This document shows positions 1 to 9,284 of a stretch of 64,000 bases of DNA, piece after piece. The first letter of the stretch is position 1, and every line of letters begins with the position of its first letter. Both the position numbers and the translations under genes were made by a program. The notes beneath the pieces are model-generated. The model was not told the DNA's origin. It did not search any database and worked only from the letters and a program-made list of their open reading frames with translations. This stretch comes from a virus, in the IMG/VR virus record IMGVR_UViG_3300028027_000001; one strand, given 5' to 3'.

Positions 1-254
1 GTTAAGATTTTATGCTCAGGTGTACATTGCAATTTAAATCCAGTTGACTCGTCCTCGATTTCCAACAATTCTGCGTCTGGGTGGGTCAAGCCAAAATTAG
101 TTACTAGTTTAAATTCTTGTGCATTGGTTGATTCATTGTAACTCAATATGTACACTTCTGGGTTAGTAGATAAATGGTATTCTAAGTTATGTATTTCTAC
201 ATCTTGTATTGCATCACCAATTTTAATGGTAATTTTAGTATCCCCAGTGACACA
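1..254 (-). mobile_element. Intein (N-terminal splicing region) inserted in NrdA
   Basis: After MTNI the frame reads CVTGDTKITIK (block A) and later LQCTPEHKILT (block B TxxH) instead of the expected C-x-E of the RNR N-x-C-x-E motif. Confidence 0.9.
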
Positions 255-1052
255 TATATTAGTCATCGATACGTTCAAGTTGAAGTTTTTGTATGCTTGT
301 GGGTTAGCGTTGTTTACATTGTCCTCAAACATAAGATACGGCTCACCCGTCTCAAGTCGCGTTTTTAAGATCTCGCCCCACAATTTTTGTGCTTGTGGGT
401 CTTTTGCCTCTACTCGATTCATGAACGTATCATCAATTACAACACATTGGTGTAAATTCAAACATTGTCTGTTTACATCTCCTTTTGGTCGTCTAATACC
501 AAGAAATTCTTCAATGTCTGGGTGGTTGATTGATAAGTTAACTGATGCCGCTCCACGTCTAACTGAACCTTGATTTGTTGCAAGTATTGTTGAGTCGTAT
601 ATTTTACACCATGGAACAACTCCTTCACTCACACCGTTCCCAGATATTTCTTTACCACGCCCACGAATTTTGGATACTCCAATACCAACACCACCCCCAG
701 AAGCACCCAAACGCATTAATTCTGCGTTAGCTAATGCAATTCCGTCGATTGAATCATGTGTATCAATACCGAAACATGAAATAGGCATACCACGTTCTGT
801 ACCTAAGTTGGATAATACTGGTGATGCTAAGCACAACCAATTTTTTTCCATTGCCTCGTAAAAATATTGCTGTAAATCTTTACGTTTAAGGCGACGGGAC
901 GCTGCTTTAGATACACGAGTGAATGCTTTAAACATGTTTTCGTGTGGTAAAAGATAACCTTGTGAGATGGTGGCCATACCAATTTGATCTAACCATATAG
1001 GATGATCTTTCCCCTTTATCCAATTAGAGGTATCTACATTTATTTTGCTCAT
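1..1052 (-). CDS. nrdA: Class I ribonucleotide reductase alpha subunit (N-terminal part; runs off window), intein-containing
   Basis: Not in the ORF track; translated by hand from ATG at 1052: MSKINVDTSNW...LASPVLSNLG..GMPISCF...GGGVGIG...NQGSVRRGAASVNLSINHPDI...ETGEPYLMF...SMTNI-C. Adjacent to nrdB. Confidence 0.95.
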   Translation of the reverse strand, partial: MSKINVDTSNWIKGKDHPIWLDQIGMATISQGYLLPHENMFKAFTRVSKAASRRLKRKDLQQYFYEAMEKNWLCLASPVLSNLGTERGMPISCFGIDTHDSIDGIALANAELMRLGASGGGVGIGVSKIRGRGKEISGNGVSEGVVPWCKIYDSTILATNQGSVRRGAASVNLSINHPDIEEFLGIRRPKGDVNRQCLNLHQCVVIDDTFMNRVEAKDPQAQKLWGEILKTRLETGEPYLMFEDNVNNANPQAYKNFNLNVSMTNICVTGDTKITIKIGDAIQDVEIHNLEYHLSTNPEVYILSYNESTNAQEFKLVTNFGLTHPDAELLEIEDESTGFKLQCTPEHKIL

Positions 1053-1077
1053 ATATTTGTTTTTGTTTTTTACTTAA

Positions 1078-2031
1078 TTATAAGTCACTCCAGTCCGCGG
1101 TGGATTTTGCGTATGCGGTTGGCCTTTGTGCAAAGAAATCTTGCTGCTCAACACCACTAGTTAAATGGCCGAACCATTCCATTTGTTTCAATAGGTTTGG
1201 ATCTATATCGTTGTATAGTGGTTTAAATCCAAGTTCAATTAGTTTTTGGTTGGCGCGTTCCTTGATGAAATTTTTCAATTGTGCCACTGATAAACCTTCA
1301 ATATCACCCATCTCAAACGCCTTATCAATGAAATCAAATTCCAACTGCACAGATGCACTACATGCGTCATATATTGCTTGGGATAGTTCTGGTGTGTTTA
1401 AATGTTTGTTTTCCTCAATTAGTGTTCTGAATAACCAGCATCCAGCTTGTGAATGGAGAGATTCATCACGCACAGACCATGCTACTATTTGCCCTGTTCC
1501 CTTCATTAAATTACGCAATTGAAATGACATGAGTACGGCAAATGATGAGAATAAATTTACCCCCTCAGTAAACGCCGAAAATACAGCCAATGACACGGCT
1601 TTATCGTGTAACGTTTCACCAGATGTTTCAACTAAATGGTCGATTTTGTTTTTTGCTGTTTCGTCTTCCAAAAATGCTGCAAAGTCATCTAAGCCGAGTT
1701 CCTCGTTTAAACGTGCATAAGCCTTAGAGTGCACAGACTCGAAGTCAGCGAATGCTCTAGCCATGGACTGGATTTCAAACACTGGGAACCATAACGATAC
1801 TTTGGTTGACCAATAATCGTTCACACATGTTTCAGTCTGGGCGAATGATTTTAATATGTTACCCAGCAAATTTTTCTCGCTTTCAGTTAGTTTACCATGC
1901 CAATCAGCTAAATCAGATGCTAATGGTACCTCGCTCGCTAACCAGTGTGCGGAGTGTTGTTTTTCAAAATAGTCATCTGCTATTTGATATTCAAATGGTT
2001 TGTAGTGTAAACGTGGTTCTGTTAATGCCAT
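1078..2031 (-). CDS. nrdB: Ribonucleotide reductase beta subunit
   Basis: YKPFEY, HW..SEVPL..D, ESVHSKAY, EGVNLFSSF, VRDESLH, DFFAQRPTAY di-metal ferritin-like motifs. Confidence 0.96.
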   Translation of the reverse strand: MALTEPRLHYKPFEYQIADDYFEKQHSAHWLASEVPLASDLADWHGKLTESEKNLLGNILKSFAQTETCVNDYWSTKVSLWFPVFEIQSMARAFADFESVHSKAYARLNEELGLDDFAAFLEDETAKNKIDHLVETSGETLHDKAVSLAVFSAFTEGVNLFSSFAVLMSFQLRNLMKGTGQIVAWSVRDESLHSQAGCWLFRTLIEENKHLNTPELSQAIYDACSASVQLEFDFIDKAFEMGDIEGLSVAQLKNFIKERANQKLIELGFKPLYNDIDPNLLKQMEWFGHLTSGVEQQDFFAQRPTAYAKSTADWSDL

Positions 2032-2035
2032 AATT

Positions 2036-3400
2036 TTACGTGTTTAATTCAAAAAATTTCTCTCTAAGTAATTGCTTGTCCAAATTGTCGAAATCCTCAA
2101 ATTTCTTGTTCTGTCTAGCGGGTACAGTATCTGCTTCTTCATCGTACGCGTCTCCAATTACTATTTGTCCTGTTTTAGTGTTAATGTCAACTTCGTAAGT
2201 CATACCATCACCACCATATCTGTTTTTCATGATGTGTAGTCGTCCAGTACCATTTACTTTGTCTTCTTTTTTTCTTGATAGCGACATACATAAGTCGGCT
2301 ACGGCCATTTTTGCATAACTACCTGCGGCTTTGTCGCCTTCAATAACACTATCTTTTGCACCAGCTCTATTCACCTGTGAAACCGACCAAATTGGTAGAT
2401 TCATTTGGCGAGCAAGACCTTTAGCGCTAGTATAAATATCGTCTATTTCTCCTTTAGTATCTGTGTTTCGTTTTTTACTTGCAAGTAGATCTAAGTAGTC
2501 AATGATAATTAAGTCTGGTTCAATTCCCATTTCCCTCACTTTATTAATATGCGATTCAATAGTGGACATGGTTGTTTTACCCATTGCAAATTCACGGATG
2601 ATTAATTCACCTGGTAATTGTGAAGTGATTTCCTCTACTTTTTCCTTGCTTTTATCTAATTGGTCAACATCAACACCTGTAAAGAAGGCATCGTAACGTC
2701 TACCAGTATATGCTTCGCTTAACTCTAGTGTGTAGTGAATAACGTTGTATCCCATTTTTACAGCCAATCCACCCATTGCTACTAGTGTCCACGATTTACC
2801 ACCACCAGGACCACCAAATATAAGTCCTAAATCACCATTACCAATACCACCTTGAATCAATTCGTTGATTTGTTCCCATGGGGTAGGTACAATTTTTCTA
2901 TGATCTTCACGATATCTAGATTCGGTATCTCGTTTATACTCGTGACCAATATTTTTGTCTTGTCCTGCCTTCATTGCTGATTCAATCATGTATTTGATTG
3001 ATTCGTAGTCACCGGCTTTAAGTAAATCAACACTAGATAGTAGTGCTTTTTTGAGTTGTTGGTTTTTGCAGAATGTGCTAAATTCTTCTTGAACATATGG
3101 TAAATCAGATACATCTGTTTTATACGCTTCACGAAGTTGTTCTTTGATAGATACTTTAAGTACCTCGTTGTCGAGTTTTTTCATTTCCACTTTCAACATA
3201 TCCATTGAAATGGTTGTATGATAGCGACCGTAGTACTTTAATATCTCATTGATTATCCAACGATGTGCCGGGTTAGAGAAGTGGTCTTCTGTAAGTACGT
3301 CGTGGATGTTTTGCAAAAATTCTTTGTGGTTGAGTAACGATGATATAACCTTCATTTGAAAAGGTACACCATACTCTTCCATCGATTGGAGTGCTGCCAT
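2036..3400 (-). CDS. DnaB/gp41-like replicative helicase
   Basis: Walker A GGPGGGKS, HYTLELSE, LIIIDYLDLL, WSVSQVNR, KNRYG. Confidence 0.93.
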   Translation of the reverse strand: MAALQSMEEYGVPFQMKVISSLLNHKEFLQNIHDVLTEDHFSNPAHRWIINEILKYYGRYHTTISMDMLKVEMKKLDNEVLKVSIKEQLREAYKTDVSDLPYVQEEFSTFCKNQQLKKALLSSVDLLKAGDYESIKYMIESAMKAGQDKNIGHEYKRDTESRYREDHRKIVPTPWEQINELIQGGIGNGDLGLIFGGPGGGKSWTLVAMGGLAVKMGYNVIHYTLELSEAYTGRRYDAFFTGVDVDQLDKSKEKVEEITSQLPGELIIREFAMGKTTMSTIESHINKVREMGIEPDLIIIDYLDLLASKKRNTDTKGEIDDIYTSAKGLARQMNLPIWSVSQVNRAGAKDSVIEGDKAAGSYAKMAVADLCMSLSRKKEDKVNGTGRLHIMKNRYGGDGMTYEVDINTKTGQIVIGDAYDEEADTVPARQNKKFEDFDNLDKQLLREKFFELNT

Positions 3401-3422
3401 ATTTTATAACTTTTATTTGTAT

Positions 3423-3453
3423 TAAATGTACGAATTGTCTATTGATTAACCAA
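3423..3453 (-). promoter_or_regulatory. Bacteroidota-type promoter upstream of the helicase
   Basis: TTG-N18-CGTACATTTA; the same spacing occurs at eight other sites. Confidence 0.7.
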
Positions 3454-4464
3454 CAAATCTTTGAAGGTATCGCGAATCCAATATTCTACGTTTCTAATTA
3501 ACCCACCAATTTGGTCTTCATTATACATTTCAATAAATGCTTCTGGGTGGAATTCTAGTGGGGTGTTTTTGATTAAGTGGTCAACGTCAAGTTTGTCTTG
3601 GTCGCTCATCATGGGGTTGGATAAATCCATTATTTTGTATTTGTTTTCAAGTAGTTCTATATCGTGTAGTACTCTTGCGTAAATTACGTGTTCTTTTATG
3701 TTGCGCTCGCTTATTTCAAGTATATCTTCGAATGTAAGTGGTTGTGTGCTTAGTTCAGGGAATAACTTGAATAGTTTCCCAGCACCTAATCCTTTAATAC
3801 CAGGTAATGCATCTGAAGCATCCCCCAATAGTGTTTTGTATAGGATAAAGTTATGTGGGTCTAGGTTGAATTTTTCTCGTACTGTATCTTCAGTGTAGAA
3901 TTCACGTTCAACAGGACGATAAACGATTACTTGGCGCGTAATCAATTGTAGATAATCTTTGTCGCTAGATACTATGAATACACGATCGTCTTCGTGTTTA
4001 GGCAGTGTACCTGCTAAATATGCGATAACATCATCCGCCTCTACATTACCCAAAGTGATTGTTTTCACAGGTAATGTTTTTAAGTATTGGATGATGCGAA
4101 CAATTTGACCTATTTTCGATTCATCTTCATCGTCTATGTTGTCAAACAATTCATGTTTGGTTACTCGAGTAACATTTCTTCCAGATTTGTATTCGGGGAT
4201 GATGTTTTTACGAGATGTTGATGAACCAATACCATCAAACACCATAATTACTTGGGTTGGTTGTATCTGGCGTATTAGTGCTCCCAATGAACGAAAAAAC
4301 CCACCTAACCCACCAATATGGGCTCCGTTTGAATTAACTGCGTTGATGGCGCTGAAGTTGCGGAAGAATAAGTTAAGTCCGTCGCAGAGTAGTATTCTCT
4401 CTGATTTTATTGGGGTGGTTTCCAATGTAATATTATCTAATATGTCTAGTAGTTGCTTACTCAT
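3439..4464 (-). CDS. 5'-3' exonuclease / flap endonuclease (T4 RNase H-like); probable start 4464 (MSKQLL)
   Basis: DGLNLFFR, VFDG, YKSGR, EADDVIAY, SSDKDYLQL, LLGDASDALPGIKGLG motifs. Confidence 0.92.
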   Translation of the reverse strand: MSKQLLDILDNITLETTPIKSERILLCDGLNLFFRNFSAINAVNSNGAHIGGLGGFFRSLGALIRQIQPTQVIMVFDGIGSSTSRKNIIPEYKSGRNVTRVTKHELFDNIDDEDESKIGQIVRIIQYLKTLPVKTITLGNVEADDVIAYLAGTLPKHEDDRVFIVSSDKDYLQLITRQVIVYRPVEREFYTEDTVREKFNLDPHNFILYKTLLGDASDALPGIKGLGAGKLFKLFPELSTQPLTFEDILEISERNIKEHVIYARVLHDIELLENKYKIMDLSNPMMSDQDKLDVDHLIKNTPLEFHPEAFIEMYNEDQIGGLIRNVEYWIRDTFKDLLVNQ

Positions 4465-4468
4465 AATT

Positions 4469-5311
4469 TTATTTTTTATACATCCATTTGTATCCTTTGG
4501 ATGTTTTATTTTTACCATTTAAACATAAATTTATACCAGCTATAGGAATGTTTAACTCAATACTAGCATGCGTTTGAGATTTCCATTCTTTGATGATATT
4601 ATTGTCCGTATCCAACTGGAATATGGGTTTTAGTCCTTTGCCTATTTTATTTTGGGCAATTTTGTCACTATGTTCTTTGGTGCGTTTCATTTTCTTACCA
4701 ACAGGTTCAATGTTCAACGGGATTGTTAATTCTTTGTATTTCCATTGAAACCCACCGGATGTTTTGTATCGTTGTTTAAGGCAATTATTTATGTCTACAT
4801 CCAAAATATTATATACATCTAGTTGAGATTTCCACTCTCTTATAAAATCACCATCCAAACTATACTGGAGAACGGGTTTGAGTCGTTTTTCTATAACATC
4901 CTGAGGGAGTGGTTTGCCTGAAAGAGGATGAGGTTTATCCATCCAATATTCTTTTATAGATTTAGAGCGCCTTTTATTAGATGTTTCAGTTTGGATATGT
5001 GGGCCACTTTCACCATCTACTAAATGACAAAATAAAGCTTTATCCCAGGTATATTCATTTATAAATTGCGTCTTATGATGGATTTCCCTTTCAATTAATA
5101 AGGTAACATCACACTCTTCTATAATATCAAATACATGGTTCTCAGGACCATACTTTTTGAGGGAATTATATATCTTTTGTTGTTTATGACATTTTAAGTG
5201 GAAATACTTATAGTACCTTGACAATATATTTTTACTTTTTCCTATATATACATTCCCTTTAGGGTTTGTTATTTTGTAAATTCCTACGATACCGTTCTCT
5301 GGCTTTTTCAT
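4469..5311 (-). CDS. GIY-YIG homing endonuclease with NUMOD1-like repeats; probable start 5311
   Basis: GIYKITNPKGNVYIGKS; two KPV/IxQ..LD...IREWKS...I..CL...KTS.G..W repeats. Confidence 0.88.
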   Translation of the reverse strand: MKKPENGIVGIYKITNPKGNVYIGKSKNILSRYYKYFHLKCHKQQKIYNSLKKYGPENHVFDIIEECDVTLLIEREIHHKTQFINEYTWDKALFCHLVDGESGPHIQTETSNKRRSKSIKEYWMDKPHPLSGKPLPQDVIEKRLKPVLQYSLDGDFIREWKSQLDVYNILDVDINNCLKQRYKTSGGFQWKYKELTIPLNIEPVGKKMKRTKEHSDKIAQNKIGKGLKPIFQLDTDNNIIKEWKSQTHASIELNIPIAGINLCLNGKNKTSKGYKWMYKK

Positions 5312-5408
5312 CTTGTTGTTCTTTGTTGGTCCAATAAAATTCTCGGGCACGTTGTCGTTTGACAGCCTGTTTTTCTTCTTCAGTTTGATATTTTTTTAAA
5401 CGTCCCAT
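5259..5408 (-). CDS. Unannotated 49-aa basic/charged ORF overlapping the GIY-YIG start
   Basis: Hand translation: MGRLKKYQTEEEKQAVKRQRAREFYWTNKEQQDEKARERYRRNLQNNKP*. An ATATGTATA motif lies just upstream. Confidence 0.55.
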   Translation of the reverse strand: MGRLKKYQTEEEKQAVKRQRAREFYWTNKEQQDEKARERYRRNLQNNKP

Positions 5409-5464
5409 ATCGGTTATACATATTAAAGGATCCAACAAAGATACAAGGTTTGTTGATATTGTTT

Positions 5465-6559
5465 TTAAATTATTGCATCAATTTCGTCTGGTGTAGGGTA
5501 ACTATCTTGTTTTTCTCCCCATTCTGAATCATCAGTGTCGATTCCATATGTTCCAGCGCCTAAAATATCTACCCATTCATGTGAATGTTCTTCTTTGTAT
5601 TTCTTAATTGCGTTCGGATCGTCCTTAATAAAACCATGAGCGGTTGAAATGATTGTGCCGGTTGTAGTGATACCATTGATGTGATTTTTATCACATGCAA
5701 TTTTAGTACGCAACGCGAATTCTACTTTTTTCTTGTCTTTTGTTGCGTTGATTTTGGATGTACCGGCATTAGTAATGTTACCAAATGTTAAACACAATGA
5801 TGCATCGTAGTAAAATGTATCTCCACCTTTATTGGTCATACGAGGTTGAGACATTGGTGTTAATGCAGGAGCAACACCTGTTTTATTGATGATCAAGAAT
5901 GTATTGGTGTATTTGGATGATTCCTTACGTGACAATACGATTTGTTGGTTAATGAAATTACCAAATTGTGTAGCGATAGCTCCACTATTCCACATTGGGT
6001 TGTTTGTACCTTTCTCAATACTCATATCACATGCAATAGATCCAACTGAATCCCATAAGAATAATAAGTCGTAAGGTAAATTGCCTTTTTTCTGTTCGTT
6101 TAATAAATCGATCATGAACGTAGCAATATCTTCAATTGAATTTAATGTACTGCGATCACGGTAGATAAAGAATCCAGTATGGTCAGTGATTTCACCCGTT
6201 GATTCATCGATAATATCTTCCATTTCGAACCCCATTTGGCGCCAATGTCCAAAATCGTGTTTCATTTCCGTGATAATTAGCACAGGCAATACACCCATCT
6301 TTTGTGCATTTACTGCTAGCTCAATTGATGTAGTACTTTTACCAGTATTTGAGCGACCACGCACCATCATGATATGCCCCATAGGACATCCAGGAATAGA
6401 CAATGCTTCTTGCAGGGCCGGAGAAAAAGGAATCCAACGTTGTTCTTTGAACTTTACGTTGGATGCCAATCCTTTACTCTGCTTAAATTTGTCTAAACTA
6501 AAATTTGCTTTAATTGCTTGGTCAGCTGCTGCTGACAGTGATTGTCTTCCTTTAGCCAT
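5465..6559 (-). CDS. RecA/UvsX-like recombinase
   Basis: GRSNTGKST Walker A, LFLWDSVGS Walker B, GG..FYYDAS, KNH. Confidence 0.9.
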   Translation of the reverse strand: MAKGRQSLSAAADQAIKANFSLDKFKQSKGLASNVKFKEQRWIPFSPALQEALSIPGCPMGHIMMVRGRSNTGKSTTSIELAVNAQKMGVLPVLIITEMKHDFGHWRQMGFEMEDIIDESTGEITDHTGFFIYRDRSTLNSIEDIATFMIDLLNEQKKGNLPYDLLFLWDSVGSIACDMSIEKGTNNPMWNSGAIATQFGNFINQQIVLSRKESSKYTNTFLIINKTGVAPALTPMSQPRMTNKGGDTFYYDASLCLTFGNITNAGTSKINATKDKKKVEFALRTKIACDKNHINGITTTGTIISTAHGFIKDDPNAIKKYKEEHSHEWVDILGAGTYGIDTDDSEWGEKQDSYPTPDEIDAII

Positions 6560-6595
6560 AACTTTATTTTAAGTAGTAAATAATTTGTGTTTGAA

Positions 6596-7423
6596 TTAGA
6601 ACGGCATGTCGTCGTCATCGTCTTCAAACAATTCGTCAAATTTGTCTGCTTTAGTTGTTTTTGCTGCAGGTTTAGCCGATACACTGTAATTTGATTTTGG
6701 TTCAGCTTTCTTTTCAGTTGTGAAAGTAATACTGTCCTCGTCTTCTTCACCAACAGGTGCTAACCATTCTTGCAATGCTGCTTTAATTTCATCAAATGGA
6801 AGTGGTTTGTATGTGTCTAGTGGATTTGATTGTTCTTCTAATAAACGCTCAATAACAGCTTCGTCATCATATAATGGTGATGTTTTAATAGCAACGGTGA
6901 TTGTTGTTTTATTGTATGCTGTTCCAGTTACATCTGGGCCTACAGTGTTTAATTTGATATCTCTACCAACCATGATGTCTGTGAAGTCACCAACTTCTTC
7001 GTCAGCAGCTAATTGTAAGAATGCTTCGTAAATTTCTTTACCAAATTCCCACATTTTCACTCCTTCTTCCTCGGCACCACGTACTACAATTGGAACTTGA
7101 ATACGAACTTTAGGGTCAAGCTTTTTAGCCAATTTCCAGTTCTCTTTGTCGTTTGTCCCACGTAATTGTTTTGCGAACTCAGCGATTGGGTCTTTTTCTC
7201 CCCAGTTTAATGGTGATGCGATTACCTTTTTATTACCGATATTGTAATAGAATTTCAACTCAGTAAATGGATTTTCTTTGTTGAATTTAAACGGTACTAC
7301 ACGAATAGATTGTTTACCAATTGTTGGTTTGAATTTTTCAGGGTAGTTGTTTTCGCTTTTTTTACCAGCGGACTTTGGAGTTTGCATTGCCTCCAACTTT
7401 TTCTTGATTGCATCAATGTTCAT
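6596..7423 (-). CDS. Single-stranded DNA-binding protein (T4 gp32-like); probable start 7423
   Basis: KPTIGKQSIRVVP, NPFTEL.FYY, GEKDPIAEF, VKMWEFGK, acidic tail DDDDDMPF; position next to the recombinase. Confidence 0.85.
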   Translation of the reverse strand: MNIDAIKKKLEAMQTPKSAGKKSENNYPEKFKPTIGKQSIRVVPFKFNKENPFTELKFYYNIGNKKVIASPLNWGEKDPIAEFAKQLRGTNDKENWKLAKKLDPKVRIQVPIVVRGAEEEGVKMWEFGKEIYEAFLQLAADEEVGDFTDIMVGRDIKLNTVGPDVTGTAYNKTTITVAIKTSPLYDDEAVIERLLEEQSNPLDTYKPLPFDEIKAALQEWLAPVGEEDEDSITFTTEKKAEPKSNYSVSAKPAAKTTKADKFDELFEDDDDDMPF

Positions 7424-7450
7424 ATATAACTTATTTATTTGTTTACAACT

Positions 7451-7481
7451 TAAATATACGTAACCTTTATTTGATAGACAA
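7451..7481 (-). promoter_or_regulatory. Bacteroidota-type promoter upstream of SSB
   Basis: TTG-N18-CGTATATTTA. Confidence 0.72.
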
Positions 7482-7490
7482 GTATTTTGT

Positions 7491-7964
7491 CTAAATTTCA
7501 ATAATTTTATAAATACGAGTTTGGAGTGTTTTAATTTGCCCCTCTTGCGTTAGTAAAATGCTGTTTTTGTAGTGTTGCCAATCAATTGGGAATTTTGGAT
7601 CAACTACACCTCCATTCAAACGTTTGATTAATTCGTTTAATGAGTTAATTGTATATAAAACGTTAAATTCTTTTTTTCGGTGAACCAATATTGTATTGTC
7701 TGGGATATCTGTTACATTACCTTGATCAATATTGTAAGTCACTACATACTCGTTGTTGCTTTTAATATGCAAAACGAACATTTTATTATATAATATATCG
7801 TACTTGTTTGAAAGACCACCAATTAAGTTGTCTAAGTCACCCAAAGAGGTGAAAGTACATAGTAAACGATTGTTCATGTTTAAGTCTGTATTCATAAATA
7901 GGTCATAGTCATAACTATGACTCGTATTATACGTATACAGAGTTTCTTCTAAGGTTTGATACAT
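7491..7964 (-). CDS. Conserved-looking hypothetical phage protein
   Basis: Clean ORF packed between the polymerase and SSB genes. Confidence 0.7.
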   Translation of the reverse strand: MYQTLEETLYTYNTSHSYDYDLFMNTDLNMNNRLLCTFTSLGDLDNLIGGLSNKYDILYNKMFVLHIKSNNEYVVTYNIDQGNVTDIPDNTILVHRKKEFNVLYTINSLNELIKRLNGGVVDPKFPIDWQHYKNSILLTQEGQIKTLQTRIYKIIEI

Positions 7965-7973
7965 AACTACTTT

Positions 7974-9221
7974 TTATTTGAAATTATATGTGGCACCCAC
8001 TTTGGCTTTCACATTAAGTTTTTGCTGTTTAAATATGTCTATTATTTGTGACATGGTGTCTGTTTCTGACTCATCTACATCAAATAAAAAACTATCATAT
8101 ACTGTCAATATTAGTTTTGTGTTTTTACCACGCAAAACCCTAAATATTTTCCACATCAACTTAACGTTGGTTGATGTTTCAAAATTTTGTAACACGTAGT
8201 TGAGTAGTTTTTGTGGATTCATTTCATCCAATTTATCTCGCTCAAATCGGTACTGTGATATCGGACATTCAATGTATCCTTGTGTATTAAATTGATACCA
8301 TAAATATTCAGTATATTTTTTTACCTTACTGAAATATACTAAATTTTCGTATTGTTTCCAAATCCCTCCATAAAGTTGCTGGAAAGTAATCTCTTTTGCT
8401 TTGCTGTAATCCACCCCATAAAGATTAGCAAACTCCTGATGAATATCACCATCCCCAAAATCATAGTCCACCAAATGAGATAAAAGCACAGGGTGATATG
8501 CACTAACATCCAACTCAACAAATACATCATTGTTCGGGATAAAACATTCTCGTTCGCCATTGTCTTTACTTAATGTGTTGAAATTAGTTCCACCAAATGT
8601 ATTTGATGGTCTAGTTGTTGTTGTATTTAAATTGTAGTGTGTGTATACACGTTGTATATCGTCTTTTCCAAAGCATCGTTTATACTCGCTTGTATTAACT
8701 GATATCCCGCTGCGTTCTATCATGTTATATACAATGGATGCTTTGTTATAGAAATGGGTGGTGTTTGTTTCGGGTAGTACCTTAAATCGCTGTTCAAACC
8801 ATTCATAGTGTTTTACAATTGGTATGATTGCGTTAACATCTGCTCGGTTTGGATATAAACGGTAAAAATATTCGTGTGTTGGGGTAGGTTCCGGTAATTT
8901 AACATGAATGCCCGGAACAGGACATGCTATGCTTTTGTGTGTGAAATAGTGGAGGAATTCTTTTTTGTCGTGTACGTGTATAGTTTCAATACTGTCTAGT
9001 ACTTCTTGAATTAACTCAATTGGTAAATTAATTGTATCGTTGTGATTTACCGGGAGAATATACCCTTTGTCGTTTTGTGTTGGTTTAAGATATAACGCGC
9101 ATATTTCGTTTTCTTGAGCGTGGTGGGTGTGGGATATAGGTAGGATGTCTACGTATACGTTCTTATGACGTATGCGACATAAAATGTCAATTTTATCTGT
9201 ATCCTCAATTAACCAAAACAT
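7974..9221 (-). CDS. Short family-A DNA polymerase; probable start 9221 (MFWLIE)
   Basis: TTTTRPSN, motif A ELDVSAYHP, motif B KAKEITFQQLYG, LLNYVLQ, motif C LILTVYDSFLFD. Confidence 0.85.
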   Translation of the reverse strand: MFWLIEDTDKIDILCRIRHKNVYVDILPISHTHHAQENEICALYLKPTQNDKGYILPVNHNDTINLPIELIQEVLDSIETIHVHDKKEFLHYFTHKSIACPVPGIHVKLPEPTPTHEYFYRLYPNRADVNAIIPIVKHYEWFEQRFKVLPETNTTHFYNKASIVYNMIERSGISVNTSEYKRCFGKDDIQRVYTHYNLNTTTTRPSNTFGGTNFNTLSKDNGERECFIPNNDVFVELDVSAYHPVLLSHLVDYDFGDGDIHQEFANLYGVDYSKAKEITFQQLYGGIWKQYENLVYFSKVKKYTEYLWYQFNTQGYIECPISQYRFERDKLDEMNPQKLLNYVLQNFETSTNVKLMWKIFRVLRGKNTKLILTVYDSFLFDVDESETDTMSQIIDIFKQQKLNVKAKVGATYNFK

Positions 9222-9225
9222 GGAT

Positions 9226-9256
9226 TGAATATACAAAGAAAGCCTGGTGGAGCCAA
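9226..9256 (-). promoter_or_regulatory. Bacteroidota-type promoter upstream of the polymerase, overlapping a terminator hairpin
   Basis: TTG-N18-TGTATATTCA. Confidence 0.68.
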
Positions 9257-9266
9257 GCTTTTTAAT
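9231..9266. repeat. 36-bp dispersed repeat, copy 1 (terminator hairpin)
   Basis: 34/36 identical to 14351-14386. Confidence 0.85.
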
Positions 9267-9284
9267 GATTATATTGGTGGGGGT

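Noticed and set aside
4469-5460. Group I intron around the GIY-YIG gene
   Set aside because: The flanking recombinase and exonuclease genes are each complete and there is no room for an intron core; the endonuclease appears free-standing.
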